Positions 25,083 to 36,475 of a DNA stretch of 64,000 nt are shown piece after piece (position 1 is the first letter of the stretch; the number at the start of each line of letters is the position of its first letter). The notes beneath the pieces were generated by a model. That model ran no database searches. It saw only the letters and a program-made list of their open reading frames with translations, and was not told the origin of the DNA. The stretch covers positions 18,354,001 through 18,418,000 of the forward strand of contig CM075989.1 in the NCBI GenBank assembly GCA_038087875.1. The letters run 5' to 3'. The stretch comes from Malacoraja senta. Its lineage: Eukaryota. The position numbers and the translations under genes are program-made.

Positions 25083-26690
25083 ATCTAATTTCTATAGTCT
25101 GATAATACAATGTCGGATGTTCTAGAACCACGGGATGCGATTATGAGCTGAATTTCTAAACCCCAAGGAGAATTTCTCCAAATATTCGATTAATTGCAAA
25201 TCTTTTGTGTCTGTATCTGGATTATTGAAAATGGAAGGTTATTGCTATCAAAGTACCAATTACTAATACTCTATTTTAAGGAATAACACCACAAAAACAG
25301 TGAGCAAGGTCTTGGACTGCTTGAATGAACTTCTGAGATTTGTTATAATATTACAACAGCATGCAGCGACATTTGATCATCTTTGATTGCAATAATCAAT
25401 TAGCGTTTGCTTGGGGCTGGAGCGAAATACAATTTCTGGCAGTGGATCGCACATTCAAGTCATGCCCTAGTTTCCCCTTGATGCAACAGCAATATTTAGC
25501 AGCCTCCTGACAAACCTTGGACATGTGTATGTACCTCCTACGTAAATGACATTGACTCATAAGTGAAAAGAAATGAAACTGATAAAATGCACATCGCAAG
25601 ATCATTAATCATCACAAATACACTCTGCACTCTACGAAAGAAAAATCCATCAAAATCTACCACAAATCAGCGTGGGGAAAACACCAGCAATATTTTTTGA
25701 GCTTTGCAAGTTAAATATTTAAAAGTGCATTCAATATTCTTGTGAAAATTCTGTTGGAGATCTATAATCTGGAGGAAACAACTCTGAGCCCTTAATGATG
25801 AAAACATCTTTCATTGTAATTGTACAGTAACAGCAGCAACTTATTTATACGTAGCTTTCAGAAGAGGTGTGGCAAACACTATTTAATAGAGAATGGCACA
25901 AACAACATGTGGTGCACAAACATACTGTGCAATTTTAGCAACAAATAAACCATTTCTATGATTTACCACTGCCAATTTCCAATATAGAATATGACTCTCA
26001 TTTTGAATCATGCCCCTAAATTTAAAGTGTCAAAAGGCTTCTACGTTCTATGATCACAGAACATTTCTCGTTTTGGTATTTATGGTGAACAAAAGAGACA
26101 GTTGAATGAAAGAGGGAAGCTCTTCCACTATTCAATACAGGTCGGCTGTCGACTGTGATAAAAGATTCGGAGACTTAATTCCGGCTGGGCAGAACACAAC
26201 TGTGCAAATACAGTTAAAACGCGTATCCAACGCTTCAAACAAAAAATCACTATCAACAGCAAGAAGTGGCATCTTTAGTGCATAAACTGGCAATTCCCCA
26301 TCCCCGCCAACAATCTGAGTAATAATGTCAATTGCTTAACAAGAGCATGTGGCCTGGAAGGCGACACAAGTTAAATTAAAGGCTAGAGAAAGGTGGAAAC
26401 ATATAATTGGTGAACACTCGGATGCAACAGCAATAAGTCAGAGTAGTCCGAAGCCGTAATAGCACCTGTCAGAATGTTAATGCGCATTTCAAAATGGGTT
26501 ATGTTGGCGACACCGAAAAGCCCAGAGTGAGTTATACCGGTCACTCACAGACACCTCTGGGCTGAGATACTACCACGGGCAGATTTATGGGCGAGCTTTT
26601 TAAAAAATATATAAAGGGCAAAAAAGACAAACGGTTAGAGAAGATTTTCTCCAAAAACCGCACATTTACAGATAGCAACAGCAGGGTTAC

Positions 26691-26732
26691 CCTCGAGGCA
26701 TCCATCGGGCAGGTGCCGATTCGCTTTGCCAT
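26691..26732 (-). CDS. Possible first coding segment of an unidentified minus-strand gene (MAKRIGTCPMDASR)
   Basis: GCGATGG Kozak context and 14 codons ending at AGG|GTAACC, a donor-like site, in repeat-free CpG-containing DNA. No homolog recognised and no downstream exon found. Confidence 0.3.
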
Positions 26733-26866
26733 CGCCTTATTCCATCTTAGCTCCCGTAAAAAGCTACGCTGCTTGGTTTCAATAAAGTGTTTCAATCAAT
26801 GCACAGCAAAGTGGACGGAGCGCAGCACTCCGGGGAAAGTCTGCCAATATTAGTGGCGTTTAAAGT

Positions 26867-26899
26867 GGGGAGGGGAGGGGAGGGGAGGGGAGGGGAGGG
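26867..26899 (+). repeat. (GGGGA)n tract
   Basis: Direct reading. G-quadruplex-capable. Confidence 0.9.
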
Positions 26900-27356
26900 C
26901 GGAGAGGCATTTCCTCCTGTTGTTCTTTCTTTCCCCTTTGAGCCGATTTCATTAATAAGAACAATACAATATACATATATATTAAAGCAGTATAAATATC
27001 GCGGCGTGAGTGTGCATCGTAGCTGGTGGAAGCAGGCGCGGGGTTGATTTCGTGAAATGTGGCTCAACTCTGCACCGACCAAGCGGGGGGAGGTTGTGGG
27101 GTGGGGAAGCTCGGGTATAACTGGGGCTCGCTACCCGGAATCTCCCTGCCCAGAATCGGGACATGATACCCGAGACTCGCCGTCAAACACAGGGACCACC
27201 AGAGAGACGCTCCTCCTGCACATTGCAGGCAAACTATCTACTGACATTGCCACAAGACAAATTACAGGAGTGGAGGTTTCTCTCGCGTAGACACATGACA
27301 GTCAGTGGGGTTTGGGGTTGACGGAACGCGGGCTGCAGCATCGAGAGCTGTGGCAA

Positions 27357-27614
27357 CTCTCCCTCTCCCTCTCCCTCTCCCTCTCCCTCTCCCTCTCCCT
27401 CTCCCACACACACACAGATACACACTCGCACAGACACATACCCTGAGACACATACACTCACACAGAACAGATACATACTCTCTCACACACACACTCACAG
27501 ACACACACACAGACACACACACACACACACACAGACACAGACACACACACACCCACAGACACACTCTCACACACACACACACACACACACACGCACGCAC
27601 ACACACACACACAG

Positions 27615-27646
<32 letters not shown>

Positions 27647-27815
27647 AGACACACACACACCCACAGACACACATTCACACACACCCAGACAGACACACAC
27701 ACACAGACACACACTCACACACACACCCAGACACTCACAGACACACTCACACACACACCCACAGACACACATTCACACACACCCAGACAGACACACACAC
27801 ACACCCAGACAGACA

Positions 27816-27876
<61 letters not shown>

Positions 27877-27910
27877 ACACACACACTCACACAGACACTC
27901 ACACAGACAG
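27357..27910 (+). repeat. (CTCTCC)n followed by a ~500-bp compound (CA)n microsatellite
   Basis: Direct reading. CA runs are interrupted by CAGA/CTCA/CCCA, with recurring higher-order blocks. Confidence 0.97.
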
Positions 27911-28036
27911 CGGGTGGATCAAACTTCAGGCAAAGTCCGCGCTGCCCTGACAGCTGGTACATGCGACCCGCCGCTCAGCACAGCAGCCGCCAGCGTGAAA
28001 TGTCAGGGGATGAAGGGAGAGGGTGGAGGGACTTAC

Positions 28037-28150
28037 AGGCGGGCGGGCGGGCGCGGCAGCGAGCGGGCAGACTCCGTCCATCCATCCATCCATCCGTCTG
28101 TCTGTCTGTCCCTCGGTCCGTGTCTCTGTGTCTCCCCGTCTCCGGCTCCG
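28037..28150 (-). other. Putative non-coding first exon
   Basis: GC-rich segment ending at a perfect GTAAGT donor (plus-strand ACTTAC, 28031-28036), just downstream of the CCAAT cluster. The start position is a guess. Confidence 0.5.
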
Positions 28151-28285
28151 CGGCCACAGCCCCTCCCTCCCCCCCTGACCGACAGCCCACACACCCAATG
28201 GGAGGCGGCGGGAGGCGGGACCTGGGCCAATACACACCACCGATTGGTCGGGGCTCCTGGGAGCCAGTGTTTCCCGCCAACACGC
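28150..28285. promoter_or_regulatory. TATA-less CpG-island promoter with NF-Y, E2F and GC-rich motifs
   Basis: CCAAT at 28195 and 28227 (32 bp apart), ATTGG at 28243, two GGCGGGA, and TTTCCCGC at 28270-28277. Confidence 0.6.
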
Positions 28286-28286
28286 T

Positions 28287-29245
28287 CATGTGTGGACCTG
28301 CCCCTGTGGTGGACCTGCCCATGGTGGACCTGCCCATGGTGGACCTGCCCCTGGTGGTGGACCTGCCCCTGGTGGTGGACCTGCCCCTGGTGGTGGACCT
28401 GCCCCTGGTGGTGGACCTGCCCCTGGTGGTGGACCTGCCCCTGGTGGTGGACCTGCCCCTGGTGGTGGACCTGCCCATGGTGGACCTGCCCCTGTGTGGA
28501 CCTGCCCATGGTGGACCTGCCCATGTGTGGACCTGCCCCTGTGGTGGACCTGCCCATGGTGGACCTGCCCATGGTGGACTTTCCCCATGGTGGTGGACCT
28601 GCCCCTGGTGGTGGACATGCCCCTGGTGGTGGACCTGCCCATGGTGGTGGACCTGCCCCTGGTGGTGGACCTGCCCATGGTGGACCTGCCCCTGGTGGTG
28701 GACCTGCCCATGGTGGTGGACCTGCCCATGGTGGTGGACCTGCCCATGGTGGTGGACCTGCCCATGATGGACCTGCCCATGGTGGACCTGCCCCTGTGTG
28801 GACCTGCCCCTGTGTGGACCTGCCCATGGTGGACCTGCCCATGTGTGGACCTGCCCCTGTGGTGGACCTGCCCCTGTGTGGTGGACCTGCCCATGGTGGA
28901 CCTTCCCCATGGTGGTGGACCTGCCCATGGTGGACCTGCCCATGGTGGACCTGCCCATGGTGGACCTGCCCATGTGTGGTGGACCTGCCCATGGTGGACC
29001 TGCCCATGGTGGACCTGCCCATGGTGGACCTGCCCATGGTGGACCTGCCCATGTGTGGTGGACCTGCCCATGGTGGACCTGCCCATGGTGGACCTGCCCA
29101 TGGTGGACCTGCCCATGTGTGGTGGACCTGCCCATGGTGGACCTGCCCATGGTGGACCTGCCCATGGTGGACCTGCCCGTGGTGGTGGACCTTCCCGTGG
29201 TTGTGGACCTTCCCATGTGTGGACCTGCCCCTGTGTGGACCTCCC
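28287..29245 (+). repeat. Minisatellite with core GTGGACCTGCCC(A/C)TG, 15-20 bp units, roughly 55-60 copies
   Basis: Direct reading. The linker varies (none/T/GTG/TG/TGTG-type). Confidence 0.97.
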
Positions 29246-29349
29246 GATGGGTCCGCTTCCCACCCCAGAGAGGGGTCGGCAGGTCAGTGGTAGCTCATGG
29301 CCAAGGCCAGTAAGGATGTGACCCCCCCATGACCTGTTCCCCCCCCACC

Positions 29350-29812
29350 CCAGTGAAGGGCGTGATTGCTATGGGTGAACGTCCCAATGGATCCGACCAC
29401 CCAATGGACCTGAGCTTCCAATGGCCCCGACCCAATGGGCTTGCTTCCTCCAGCGAGATGCGCGATTGGTATGAACGCTACATCCCAATGGTTGGATGTC
29501 CCAAAGGGTTCGACCACCCAATGGACCTGACCTTTTAATTGACCTCACTTTCCAATGGGTCCGATCTTCCAATGGATCTGCTTCGCTCAGCGAGGGGCGC
29601 GATTGGTATGGGTGGACTTCCCAATGTCTGGATGTCCCAATGAGCCCGACAACCCAATGGGTCTGACCTTCCAATGTGTCTGCATCCCCCAGCGAGCGGA
29701 CACCATGGGTGGACTTTCCAAATGGCCTCGAACTTCCAATGGTTCGGGTTTCCTCAGATTGGCATGGGTGGACTTCCCCAAGGATCTGACCTTCCAATGG
29801 ACCAGTTTCCCC
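29350..29812 (+). repeat. Degenerate ~17-bp-period CCAAT-containing array with ~120-140 bp higher-order units
   Basis: 14 CCAAT plus 3 ATTGG. Spacing is often 17 bp (29384/29401/29418; 29637/29654/29671). Blocks 29444-29535 and 29581-29672 align. Confidence 0.8.
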
Positions 29813-29899
29813 AACGAAGGGTCGGCAGGTCAGTGTTCTGGCCTGGCTGAGGGGCAGCCGGTTCACATCCCACCATCCCTTCTCCACGGTCCCTCTCTG

Positions 29900-30640
29900 G
29901 TCGGTGATAGACCCCCACCTCGCCTCCACTGCTTGGCCGGTCCGGTCAGGTCCCAGTGACTCTGTCGCAGGTACTATTCACACTTCTGGCGATGCTCGGG
30001 CTGAGAGAGGAGGGGGTGTCCGCGCTATCTTCCCACTCGTGTTGGCTTCGGCGTCTTATCCCTGGAGCCCATGCCGCGGGCGGTCCCCCTCTGCCTCTGC
30101 CCCTGCCCGGCGCTGCCCTGGGCCCGGTCTCCACACCACCTGGACCCCGGTAGCAGCAGAAGAAGCAACATTGGACCACGCTTGCCCCCCACCCCCCTTC
30201 TCCTCCTCCTCCTCCTCCTCCTCCCCTTCCCCGCTCCCTCCCCGCGGCCAGACCCCGTCTCTCATTTTCACAACGTCTGAACAATGAACCTTCACCATTT
30301 AAAGCATGCTTTGTGAAATCAGGTGAACCGCGTCTTCTTTCACCGGGAGAGACGAGATGCAGATATCCTCAACGAGTTAAACGCTTCACCTTAAAACGTC
30401 ACCTCATTCTCCCCAGTTTGAACCACCACCATTGTTTACCTCGTCAAGGGCTCTTTATATTGAATGCATCTCCTTGGTTCGCGGATACACTCCCCGTTAA
30501 AGCGCCGGTTCCTTGCAACAGACCCGGTGGTTGGGGGTCGGTCTACCTGCCGCCAACACACAAGCTCATACCGGGGACCACCTCCGGCAGGTGGGACCCC
30601 CGGCATTCAGCTCTCCGGCTAATCCATCCCGCTCCGAGAC
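29900..30640. promoter_or_regulatory. Second GC/CpG-rich block (possible upstream promoter or enhancer)
   Basis: High CpG, a (CCT)n tract at ~30199-30224, two GATA motifs, and a minus-strand TATAAAG near 30453-30459. No recognisable protein. Confidence 0.35.
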
Positions 30641-31640
30641 CATCTTTATCTACGAAGATAGACACGAAAAGCTGGAGTAACTCAGCGGGTCAGACAGTAT
30701 CTCTGGAGAGAAGGAATAGGTGACGTTTCAGACTGCTCAAGAAGGGTCTCGACCCTAAACGCCACCCATTCCTTCTCTCCAGAGATGCTGTCTGACCCGC
30801 TGAGTTACTCCAGCATTTTGCTTTTTTATCTTCGGTTGCAAACCAGCATCTGCAGTTCCTCCTTACACCATTTTTATTTACAGTTCCTTGAAAGTACTTT
30901 GTTTAAGAAGCTGTCTGTTCTGCAACCGAGGGCTTGCTCGGCAATGCATGGAACTGCAAGGGCAATGAATCGAGTCGTTTCTTCAAACAAACGGACGTGA
31001 ACTCAACTCAACCCATCAACGGAGAGGACAGACACAAAATGCTGGAGAAACTCAGCGGGACAGGCAGCATCTGTGGATAGATGGGCTCGAAGAAAGGTCT
31101 CAGCCCGAAACGTCACCCGTTCCTTCCCTCCAGAGATACCGCCTGTCCCGCTGAGTTACTCCAGCATTTTGTGTCTATCTTCGGTATAAACCAGCATCTG
31201 CAGTTCCTTCCCACCCATTACCGGAGGGGTTTGTGTCCCGTTGTTTTCTGCTGTAATATAATAAAAGTCAATGATTCAATGATGAATCAATTATTTAATT
31301 CAATGATTCAATGGAACTACAATGGAAACATAGGTTTATCGCCTATATTATTTGTTTTTCTTAATATACTGAACGTTTTTTCTTGTTTATTACGGTCTTC
31401 ATAGTGTACAATGTTTACATATCTGTTTGCTGCTGCAAGTAAGAATTTCATTGTCCCATAAGTTCATGTCATAGAAGTAGAATTGAAGCCATTTGGTCCA
31501 TCAAGTCTATCTTTCTCTCCTGCCTTCCCTCCATAACCCTTGACAGCTTAACGGGATTCGGGACATATGACAATAGAACACTCTTGACTGCTCAACTAAT
31601 GCACACTGCGGTCAGTTGCTGGGGGTGAATAGCAGCTAAA

Positions 31641-31694
31641 CCATGGTGGACTTACCCATGTGTGGACCCCCCGATGGGTCCGCTTCCCACCCCA
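31641..31694 (+). repeat. Isolated copy of the minisatellite's 3' terminus
   Basis: About two repeat units plus the exact 25-mer CCCGATGGGTCCGCTTCCCACCCCA, shared with 29243-29267. Confidence 0.9.
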
Positions 31695-32119
31695 TCTTGG
31701 GGGAGGAAAAGGAGAAGGTTCCAGTGAAAAAGTGAGTTACATTAATAAAACAAACATTTGACAGGAGGTGGAGATCTGATGAAGAGCCCTGACCCAAAGT
31801 GTCACCCATCCATTCGCTCCACAGATGCTGCCTGACTTGCCGAGTCCCTCCGGCACTTTGTGTTTTGGCTCCGGCAATACGACTTTCCCTCAACATAACT
31901 TAGATATTCCTACATATATCACACTCTCATCTATTCTGGAAATCCAGGATGAGTGGATTTTTCCTATTCCATTAGATATTCCCCCATCTTCATGCAATTA
32001 TCTTCAGATAAATGCTTAGCAGACCAAGCAGCATCTGTAGAGAAAAAAACAAGTTAATTTTTCAGGCCTTCATCCTCTGCTAAAACATACTGTTAAAGGG
32101 TCACAGACCAGAAATATTA

Positions 32120-32336
32120 GAGTCAAAAGAGGCTGCAGATGCTGGTAACTTGAGCAAAACACAAAGTGCTGGAGGAACTCAGCAAATCAGGTAACATCTG
32201 TAGAGGGAATGGATAGATAATGTTTTGGATCGGGAACCTTTTTCTGAAGAAGGGTCCTGACCTAAAATATTGTCCGTCACATCCTTCCACAGATGCTGAC
32301 TGACCCGCAGAATTCCTCCAGCACTTTGTGTTTTGG
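32120..32336. mobile_element. Fold-back Penelope unit nested in an older Penelope unit
   Basis: CCAGAAATATTA is duplicated at 32108-32119 and 32337-32348. Confidence 0.75.
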
Positions 32337-32827
32337 CCAGAAATATTAAATGATTCTCTCTCCACAGACACTGCCTGATCTAACGAGTATTTCCAGCATC
32401 CTAGGTTTTGATTTCCAATTTCCAGCAACTAGTTTATTTGGCTTTTCAAAGAAGTACATTTAATTAAACAATGACAATTTATTTCCTTGTAACTCTAGGT
32501 CTTGAAAGATGGGATTCAAGAATCTAATTATCTACAAAAGCTATTCTTTGCAATGAACTAACTGTGAAGTAAAAGGTAGAACATAGCAGGCATATTGGAC
32601 GAGGTCACTTATCCATGTCCTCCAGAGATGCTGCATGACCCGCTATGTTATTCCAGCACTTTTTATCTTTATTTTGTACATTGGACGTGTTGGCAGTTAT
32701 GTCTTAATAAAGATTGCTTTGCAGTAAAAATGAGTCAGTGTATAACAGTGGGGACCCAGAATTATTTTCTCTTGGACCCAAAACCCAGCTGGTGTTATTT
32801 TGTCTTAGTGGTGGTGCAGAAATGACA

Positions 32828-33078
32828 GTCTGGCTCTGCCTCAATCGCCTCAGAACACGGGTCGGACGGTGCAAAGCCCTCATGCAGAAATGGGGGTACA
32901 AGAATGATGGACCAACCGAATGTTACTGCGGGGAGGCGACCCAAATCTATGGAGCACTTACTTACCTGCCCCCTCCTCCCAGAGCCCTGCAAACCAGAAG
33001 ATCACAAGGTCTTCAACCCATGTGCCAGAGCCTGCGTTTTGCAGTGACTTGGAAAAGTGTAGCGACACGACAAGAAGA
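32828..33078 (+). mobile_element. RTE-X/RTE-like LINE 3' fragment
   Basis: 'WLCLNRLRTRVGRC..LMQKWG...C.CGE' C-terminal motif and a (GAA)n tail. TSD AGAAATGACA at 32818-32827 and 33079-33088. Confidence 0.75.
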
Positions 33079-33209
33079 AGAAATGACAATGGCTTTTCTA
33101 AATCTATAATTTTAATTGATTGGCCTCAACCGAAATTAAAAAAACAATAAGGAGAACCAAAACATGGTGCCAATTTACAAACACTCACTTGCACAAAGTC
33201 TATAGTACC

Positions 33210-33407
33210 TTGTGTAGGAAGGAACTGCAGATGCTGGTTTAAACCGAAGATGGACACAAAATGCTGGAATAACTCAGCGAGGTAGGTAGGCAGCATCTCT
33301 GGAGAGAAGGAACGGGTGACATTTTGAGTCGAGATCCTTCTTAAAGGGTCTCGACCCGAAACGTCACCCGTTCCTTCTCTCCAGAAATGCTGCCTGTCTC
33401 ACTGTCA
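33210..33407. mobile_element. Fold-back Penelope-derived unit
   Basis: Inverted halves. ATAGTACC is duplicated at 33202-33209 and 33408-33415. Confidence 0.75.
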
Positions 33408-34215
33408 ATAGTACCCTGTGGTTATTCATCAATGTCCTTATGTATCATTACATGAGCTTAACCCATCAAACACCAAAAGTGGAATTAGAAAACAATCTTG
33501 AACTGGAGTCTTGATTTGTCAACGTGTTACGGTGTAACTAAATCGGAAAATGCAGCATCACGCAACAAATCAGAGAACATTTAGTCGAATGGGTTGTTGT
33601 TGACTTTATATGCCTTGTTCTTCATCGGATCTCCAAGGAGTTTGTTTGCCTTTGCCGGCATTAGGGGAGCGCTCATGAACTCATTAAAACTTGAAAGCAA
33701 TTACTTTAAAAAATAATTTACATATTTAAATACCAATGGATATTGTGTCTGATTCAACCTTAGAAAACCTCCTCGGAAAGATAATTTCACAGAGACCTCA
33801 GGAAATTAGTTGGAGAGGGAGAAAAATGCTACAATCGCTCATAGGCGCCATTTGTGAATTAGCTGACATTTTACGGGCAGTAAAGATGTCCTAATAACAG
33901 GTACTCTTGCAAAAATTGTTACATATTCGAGACGTCTGAGCTAAAACCAATAATCTACACTATGAATTGTTGTATTTTTTATTATAAAATTCCTAATACA
34001 AAATGAAAACCATATATTAAAATGCTGCACTTTTTTTTCTTCTAATGGGGCTGAATCGAATCAATTATAAAATTTATGGTAAGCAATTTCCAGTTCTTTC
34101 CCATAAATTGTGTTTGTTCCTTTGTTGGATGCTTCATTGCAGCTCAGACTGGTCCTGGCACAACCCATTCACTGCTCTACAAGTGGAGAGCAGATCCTGC
34201 AGGAATATTAGCACC

Positions 34216-34435
34216 AACAATAATAATCTTGTATTTATATTGCATCTTTAATATTCCAAAATATCCCACGCTGCTTCACAGGAGTACAAAGGGGGAAAAT
34301 ATGATACTGAGCCACACAAGGAAATGTTAGACAAGGGAGCAAAGGTGGATCAAAGAGATGGTATTTGCAAGAAGGAAGGGGAAGTAGAGAGCTGAGTAGG
34401 TTTATGGAGGTAATCCAGGAACTCAGCCTTTTGGC
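34216..34435 (-). mobile_element. Old L2 LINE 3' end
   Basis: aacaataataatcttgtatttatattgcatcttt...gctgcttcacagg...ctgagccacacaagg resembles recalled shark L2 3' termini. Confidence 0.55.
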
Positions 34436-36249
34436 TGTCAAATGATCAAGATCAATGATGCTGGAGCATTTTTGTCTACCTTCGATTTTTCCAGCATCTG
34501 CAGTTCGTTCTTAAACACAAGGTCATTAATGCCAAGCGTTCAGGTTTAGAGAAGAATGCATAGTAATTTCAGTGTGTGGTGGGGGGGGGGGGGGGGAAGA
34601 GGGAGGAAAAAGTTGATTTGAGAATGAGAATTTAAAGCTGAGGCATGCTTTAAAAATAGCCAATGTACATTGGTGAGTTCTGGAATGATTACAGAGTTAT
34701 GCAGGGTGGAAACAGGCCCTGAGGTCCAACTTGCCCATATCGACCAACATGTCCCATCTACACTAGTCCCACCTGCCTGTGTTTGCCCCATATCCCTCTA
34801 AACCTGTCCTATCCATACACCTGTACAAATGTTTCTTTTCGTTATGAAGAATTTGTGCAAAGTAGGACATGAACAGATGACCTAAAATAGATGGAAAGGT
34901 AGAACATGTTCAGATGGTCAGGTGTCCTGAGGAATAGCAGAGTTTGGAGTTTGGAATGACCTGCTTCAGCAGCAGATGAAATGCTGTAAGGATACAGTTG
35001 GGAAGCATTACAGCGGTGGAAATAAGCAGTCATAATTTATCTTGGCTTCAAATATGTTACCAAAGTTGGAAACACTCTGGTTTAGACTCAGATGGTTGAC
35101 ATCCGGCGAAGTGGAGTCAATGGTTATTAAGTGGATTGCAAAAAACAAGACACAGAGTGTTGGATTAATTTAGCAGGTCAGGCAGCATCTCTGGAGAACA
35201 TGGATAGGTTCATAGTTATTGGAGCAGAATTAGGCCATTCAGCCCATCAAGTCTACTCTACCATTCAATCATGGCTGATCTATATTTTCCTTTCAACCCC
35301 ATTCGCCTGCCTTCTCCCCATAATTGCTGACACCTTTACTAATCAAGAATCTATCTAAATCTGCCTTAAATATACCCATCAACGATTTCCACAGCCTTTT
35401 GTGGCATGGAAATTCCACAGATTCACCACCCTCTGACTAAATAAATTCCTCCTCATCTTTTTAAAGGTACGTCCTTTTATTCTGAGGTTGTGAACTCCGG
35501 TGCGAGACTGTCCCACCAGTGGAAACATCATGGAGAGGCAATGTTTCAGGTCTGGACCCTTCTTCAGACTCACAAATATTCTTCAGATCCAAAAGTGAAT
35601 TGTAAAGATACCCAACGCCAGTGATTTTGATCTTCCCCAGTTCATAATGATTGAGTTAGCAAAAAGCATCTCACTCAGTCCTTAACATAAAACTGAAACT
35701 GGCTCTATTTGTGTTTCTGCAGCTAAAGAGCACAATAATTCACAATTTTAATGACACAAAAAATTGTCATGGTCTGATGTTATAAATAATATTAAGTATC
35801 TTGAATCTACATTCTCAACATTAAGTTGATGTTTCCTTTTACGGGTCAAACTGGCTACAAGCTGTGTCATGGCAAATTAGTTGCACATTGTACACCCAGC
35901 TTACATGGAGCCATTGAGATAGTAAATTGATCACGGTGTTGAATGTATAGTTGGTTTAAAACTGCTGCATTTACATTATTGCCAATGTTAATCTCATCTT
36001 AATTTTTTTGCGTTTTAATTGTATGTTTTTAGAGTTCAAAGTTTATAGTAAATGATTCTTGCAATTCATAAAGAGGAATTAGTGGTGTTTCTCATTGAGC
36101 CACGAGCGTTGGGCTTGGAGTCATTTCCAAACAGGCCCATTGGCTCGGACCATGCTCTGATGTCCAAAGAGGGTTTTGACATTTGACATTTGACAGTGAA
36201 TATAAATGACTGGCAGACCTCTGTAGACCTAGTTTCAATCTATATTGTA

Positions 36250-36475
36250 TTTTCACACAAAGGGTGTTGGGTGAATGGAACAAGCTGCAGGAGGAGGAAG
36301 TTGAGGTAGGGACAATTGCAATGTTTAAGAAACAATTAGACAGGTATATATGGATAGGACAAGTTTGGAGGGATATGGGCCAAACCCAGGCAGGTGGGAC
36401 TAGTGTAGATGGGACATGTTGGTCGGTGTGGACAGGTTGGGCTAAAGGGCCTGTTTCCATGCTGTATGACTCTAT
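36250..36475 (+). mobile_element. CR1 3' fragment
   Basis: 'WNKLQEE.VEVGTIAMFKKQLD' plus a UTR ending in the tail shared with the SINE. Confidence 0.85.

Noticed and set aside
28287..29245. CRISPR-like array
   Set aside because: There are no unique spacers, the linkers are a few G/T bases, the context is eukaryotic and no cas genes are present.
27305..29321. Long ORFs of 268-662 aa on both strands (HT-, WWTCP-, VDLPM-, GQVHH-repeats)
   Set aside because: They are translations of stop-free microsatellite and minisatellite sequence, open in nearly every frame, with no evidence of coding.
29904..30298. Overlapping GC-rich ORFs of 65-127 aa
   Set aside because: Expected in high-GC, low-complexity DNA, with no recognisable domain.
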